A DNA stretch of 64,000 bases from Trueperaceae bacterium (GTDB lineage Bacteria; Deinococcota; Deinococci; Deinococcales; Trueperaceae): NCBI GenBank assembly GCA_965213925.1, contig OZ243927.1, forward strand, positions 96,001-160,000, in the 5' to 3' direction. Below the pieces are notes generated by a model, which did not search any database, was not told the origin of the DNA, and worked only from the letters and a program-made list of their open reading frames with translations. This document shows positions 60,596-64,000 of the stretch, one piece after another. How positions within the stretch are numbered: position 1 is the first letter of the stretch; the number at the start of each line of letters is the position of its first letter. Made by a program: the position numbers and the translations under genes.

Positions 60596-62926
60596 TTAGT
60601 TATACTTCGAAAGCTCCTGCGGCGGCTGCGGCTTGCCGAGCAGATACCCTTGCGCCAAGTCGCAGCCTTCGGCTCTCAGCCAGCGCATCTGCGCGTCCGT
60701 CTCGACGCCCTCAGCGAGCACCGTGACGCCCAGGTTGTGCGCGAGCGTGACGATGGTGCGCACGATGGCCTCTTTTGCGCGGCTCTTACCGATACCCCAT
60801 ACGAAGCTCTTGTCGATTTTGAGGATGTCGATGGGGAGTTTTTCCAGGTACGATAGCGACGAATATCCCGTGCCGAAGTCGTCTATAGCGACGCGCAGGC
60901 CCATCGCTCTCAGGTCGTGGAGGATGTCTAAGCTTGCGGCGGGGTCTATAAAGGCGCTCTCGGTAATCTCCAAGACGACCGCTCTATGGTCTATGGGCGT
61001 GGTGCTAAGCAGCTTGATGAGGTACGTAACTAGGGAGCTGTCACGAAACGAGCGGGCTGACACGTTGATCGAGACCCAAGGAGGTACTGGGCTCGCCTCT
61101 ACGCTCGGGCGAGGCTCGAGCCTCGCGTTAGCGGCTATAGTTTTGAACGCTTTAGCGAGCACCCACTCGTCGATCTCGCGGATGAGCCCGAGTTCTTCGG
61201 CGAAGGGGATGAAAGTCGCAGGCGAAGCGACCTCACTGCCCCCATCTTCCCAGCGGAGCAGCGCCTCTGCGCCCACCACGCGGCTCGTCTGCAGGCTCGA
61301 GATGGGCTGATAGCAGAGGTGCAACCCCTCTTTGCGCAAGGCGTATCTGAGGCGCTCCTCCAAAGTGAGCAGGTCGCGCCGCCGCGCCCCTTGCGTGTCG
61401 CTATAAAAGAGCGAGGTCGTCCGCCCCTCCTTGACGCTGTACATCGCGATGTCCGCACACTTCAGAAGGTCGTCCACGCTCCTACCGTTATAGGGATATA
61501 TGGCGATACCGACGCTCGCGTCCACGTGAAGGGTGTGTCCTTGTAACGTGAAAGGGTCGCGCAACTCGGCGAGAAGGCGCTCGGCGACCTCTTGCGCCTC
61601 CGCCTCGCTGAGTCCGGGTGCGATGATCGCGAATTCGTCACCGCCCAAGCGGGCTAGAAGGTCGCCTTCTTGCACCACGCTTTCCAAGCGTTCGGCGGCT
61701 TGAGCGAGCAACTGGTCGCCCGCCGCGTGCCCCAACGTATCGTTGATGTTCTTGAAGCGGTTGAGGTCGAGGTAGAAGAGCACCGCGCGCTGTTCGTTTT
61801 CCTCGGCGCGCCTTAGCAGCGCTTCGCCGCGCTCCAAAAGGCCGCGCCGGTTGGTTAGGCCCGTCAGGGCGTCGCTGTACGCCATTCTTTCAACCATGAG
61901 GTGGCGCGTCCGCTCTTCGGTGATGTCCTGAACGACCAAAACTTGACCCGAAAAGTCGCCGCGCGGCTCGCGGACCGGGGAGACGCGCAGGCGGTAGTAC
62001 TTGGGCGCGTCCTCCTTATGACCTGGAACGCTCACCTCTTTGGGCTCGCTGGGCGCTCCGTCAAGCCACGCCTCTAAGCCTGACCAAGTCGGCAGCGCCT
62101 GCACGACGCTGCGTCCGATGACCTCATCGGCGGATACATCTAGGAGCGACTGGGCGGCGCGGTTGAGGTCCACCACGCGGTGGCGCGCGTCTAAAACGAT
62201 CACGCTGTCCGCCATGTTCTCAATGACGACCGCCCGCGCGTTCGGCAAGGGGTCGGGAATGTGGAAGTAGAAAAACCCCAGGGCGACTGCGAGCATCCCG
62301 ACGCCGAAGCCGTAGGGCGTAAGGTCGATGGGCAAATCCGGGAAAAAGAGGTAGAGGACGTTAAAAGCGAGGGGCATCAATGCGCCCAGGAGGAGGCTCG
62401 AGGACTGCTTGCGGTGCAAGTAGAGCGAGCTTGTAAACATCCACACTAAAAGCCCCATCCCCGCGAGTAAGAGCCCGTAAGAATACGCCGTATGAACCCA
62501 GAACCAGGGACCATACGTAAGCGCTAAAAGCGTCGTTCCGCCCCAGACCTCGAGCTGTGCGCTGCGCCAGAAGAGCCCGTGCGCCTCGTTCGTGTAGATG
62601 AGAAAAAGTGTCGCGGTAGGAACCGCGGCGAGCGCCGCGAGAAGGCGTTTTTTAAGCCAACTCGTCCGGTGGGCGTACTGCAGCATGAGCGCGAACCAAA
62701 CCACGGGAATAGGTGCGATGCCTATGTACTGGAGCCGCGCCCACCACAGTTTCGCCGTGACACCCTCACCAAGGAGTTCCATGCCGTAGCCCGCCGCCCA
62801 CAGCGCGAGCAGGAGCGAGAAAGGAACGAAGATAGACGCGGCGGGCACATCCCTGTTGCGCCAAGCGTAGAGGGCGAGCGCTAAGCATTTGCTCGAGACG
62901 ACAAAGGCAAAAATAATCCAGAACAT
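60596..62926 (-). CDS. 7TM (HisKA_7TM-like)-PAS-GGDEF-EAL c-di-GMP signalling protein
   Basis: N-terminal TMs with TNEAHGLFW, PAS-like segment, RLGGDEF, AEALLRW, DDFGTGYSSL. Confidence 0.93.
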   Translation of the reverse strand: MFWIIFAFVVSSKCLALALYAWRNRDVPAASIFVPFSLLLALWAAGYGMELLGEGVTAKLWWARLQYIGIAPIPVVWFALMLQYAHRTSWLKKRLLAALAAVPTATLFLIYTNEAHGLFWRSAQLEVWGGTTLLALTYGPWFWVHTAYSYGLLLAGMGLLVWMFTSSLYLHRKQSSSLLLGALMPLAFNVLYLFFPDLPIDLTPYGFGVGMLAVALGFFYFHIPDPLPNARAVVIENMADSVIVLDARHRVVDLNRAAQSLLDVSADEVIGRSVVQALPTWSGLEAWLDGAPSEPKEVSVPGHKEDAPKYYRLRVSPVREPRGDFSGQVLVVQDITEERTRHLMVERMAYSDALTGLTNRRGLLERGEALLRRAEENEQRAVLFYLDLNRFKNINDTLGHAAGDQLLAQAAERLESVVQEGDLLARLGGDEFAIIAPGLSEAEAQEVAERLLAELRDPFTLQGHTLHVDASVGIAIYPYNGRSVDDLLKCADIAMYSVKEGRTTSLFYSDTQGARRRDLLTLEERLRYALRKEGLHLCYQPISSLQTSRVVGAEALLRWEDGGSEVASPATFIPFAEELGLIREIDEWVLAKAFKTIAANARLEPRPSVEASPVPPWVSINVSARSFRDSSLVTYLIKLLSTTPIDHRAVVLEITESAFIDPAASLDILHDLRAMGLRVAIDDFGTGYSSLSYLEKLPIDILKIDKSFVWGIGKSRAKEAIVRTIVTLAHNLGVTVLAEGVETDAQMRWLRAEGCDLAQGYLLGKPQPPQELSKYN

Positions 62927-63104
62927 CGCGCTACGCCGCCGTATCTTCTGGAGCAGAGCGTAGAGGTGCTAGATTGGTCCAGCAGGTCAGCATCACGTAA
63001 CAGCTTATGATAGACAGCGCCTCACGTCCAAGACGTCAGGCGTAATTGAGGCGCTTCGCGCGCCATATGTTAGATATTTTACATCCACTTCTCGACCTTG
63101 CGCT

Positions 63105-64000
63105 CTATACGACCTGACCCAAAAAGCGCCTGAGCCGCACCGCGAGTTGCGGAAACTCGATCAAGAAGGCGTCGTGACCGTGCGGCGAGGTGATGCGAAC
63201 GTACTGCGCGTTGGGCAACCCCTCTAACAGCTGCCGCTGCTCCGCTTCGGGGTAGAGCACATCGCTGTTAATGCCCATGACGAGCGCGGGCATCGTCATC
63301 TTGCCGAGCACGTGCGAGAGCCTACCGCGCCCGTCTGTGAGGTCGTAGTCGTCCATCGCTTTGGTGAGGTAGAGGTACGTGTTCGCGTCGAAGCGCTGCA
63401 CCAGCTTGACCCCTTGATAGTCCAGGTACGACTCGATTTCGAAGGATTTACCCAGGAGGTCGCGGGAGTGAGAGACGCGCCCCCGCCCGAACTTCGCGTC
63501 CAAGGAGTCTACTGAGCGGTACGAAAGCATCGCCACCGCCCGCGCTAGACCGAGCCCCGTTTCGGGTTGCTTGTCCAGTGGATAGTCCCCGCCGCACCAC
63601 GCCGCGTCACTCGTAATGGCTCGCCGCGCCACCTCATTTAGACCGATCGCCCACGCCGAATGCCGCGCGGAGGTGCCGATAGGGACGACGCTCCGCACCC
63701 GCTCCGGGTACATCGCCGCCCACTCCAAAACCTGCATCCCACCCATGCTGCCGCCGACCACCGCTTTGATCGAGGAGACGCCCAGCGTGTCCATAAGACG
63801 CCTTTGCACCTCCACTATGTCGCGCACGGTGTAGCGCGGAAAGTCGAGGCGGTAAGGGTGCCCCGTTTCGGGGTCCAAACTGCTCGGACCTGTCGTGCCG
63901 TAGCAGCCGCCCAAAACGTTCGAGCAAATGACGAAATGCTCAGCAGTGTCAACCGGTTTGCCCGGTCCGATGAGCGGGTCCCACCAGCCGGGGACTTGCG
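63105..64000 (-). CDS. metX: Homoserine O-acetyltransferase (5' end outside window)
   Basis: GWWD.LIGPG, SNVLGGCYGTTGP, GGSMGG, RFDAN, HGHDAFL. Confidence 0.95.
   Translation of the reverse strand, partial: QVPGWWDPLIGPGKPVDTAEHFVICSNVLGGCYGTTGPSSLDPETGHPYRLDFPRYTVRDIVEVQRRLMDTLGVSSIKAVVGGSMGGMQVLEWAAMYPERVRSVVPIGTSARHSAWAIGLNEVARRAITSDAAWCGGDYPLDKQPETGLGLARAVAMLSYRSVDSLDAKFGRGRVSHSRDLLGKSFEIESYLDYQGVKLVQRFDANTYLYLTKAMDDYDLTDGRGRLSHVLGKMTMPALVMGINSDVLYPEAEQRQLLEGLPNAQYVRITSPHGHDAFLIEFPQLAVRLRRFLGQVV

Overview
GC-rich bacterial chromosomal window. A Deinococcota (Truepera-like) origin is inferred from the many leaderless TAnnnT-N5-8-ATG/GTG gene starts and from gene content. It holds about 58 genes. 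Housekeeping genes: partial mutS2, nrdR, nadK-cmk-aroA, sufE, dgt, moaA, partial metX. Three TetR-led modules carry visible palindromic operators: P450/SMR/YvaD; FAD monooxygenase/membrane proteins/epoxide-hydrolase-like; GH13. Other contents: a hydroxyproline-dehydratase/peptide-ABC locus, dinB-vapBC-alkA, a non-canonical (Cys-Gln) formate dehydrogenase operon, a DTE-motif xanthorhodopsin-type rhodopsin, a large LRR/CSLREA surface lipoprotein and a 7TM-PAS-GGDEF-EAL protein. Three genes are frameshifted (SMR, dinB, fdh). I found no rRNA, tRNA, CRISPR array or transposase. The most unusual signals are (1) a 61-aa ORF ending in four DGINKR repeats that differ only by synonymous changes, directly behind a SARP/BTAD-P-loop-TPR regulator, and (2) an intergenic repeat family carrying a small hairpin module inserted at the same site in three copies. 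All family assignments come from motif recognition by eye; no database searches were run.
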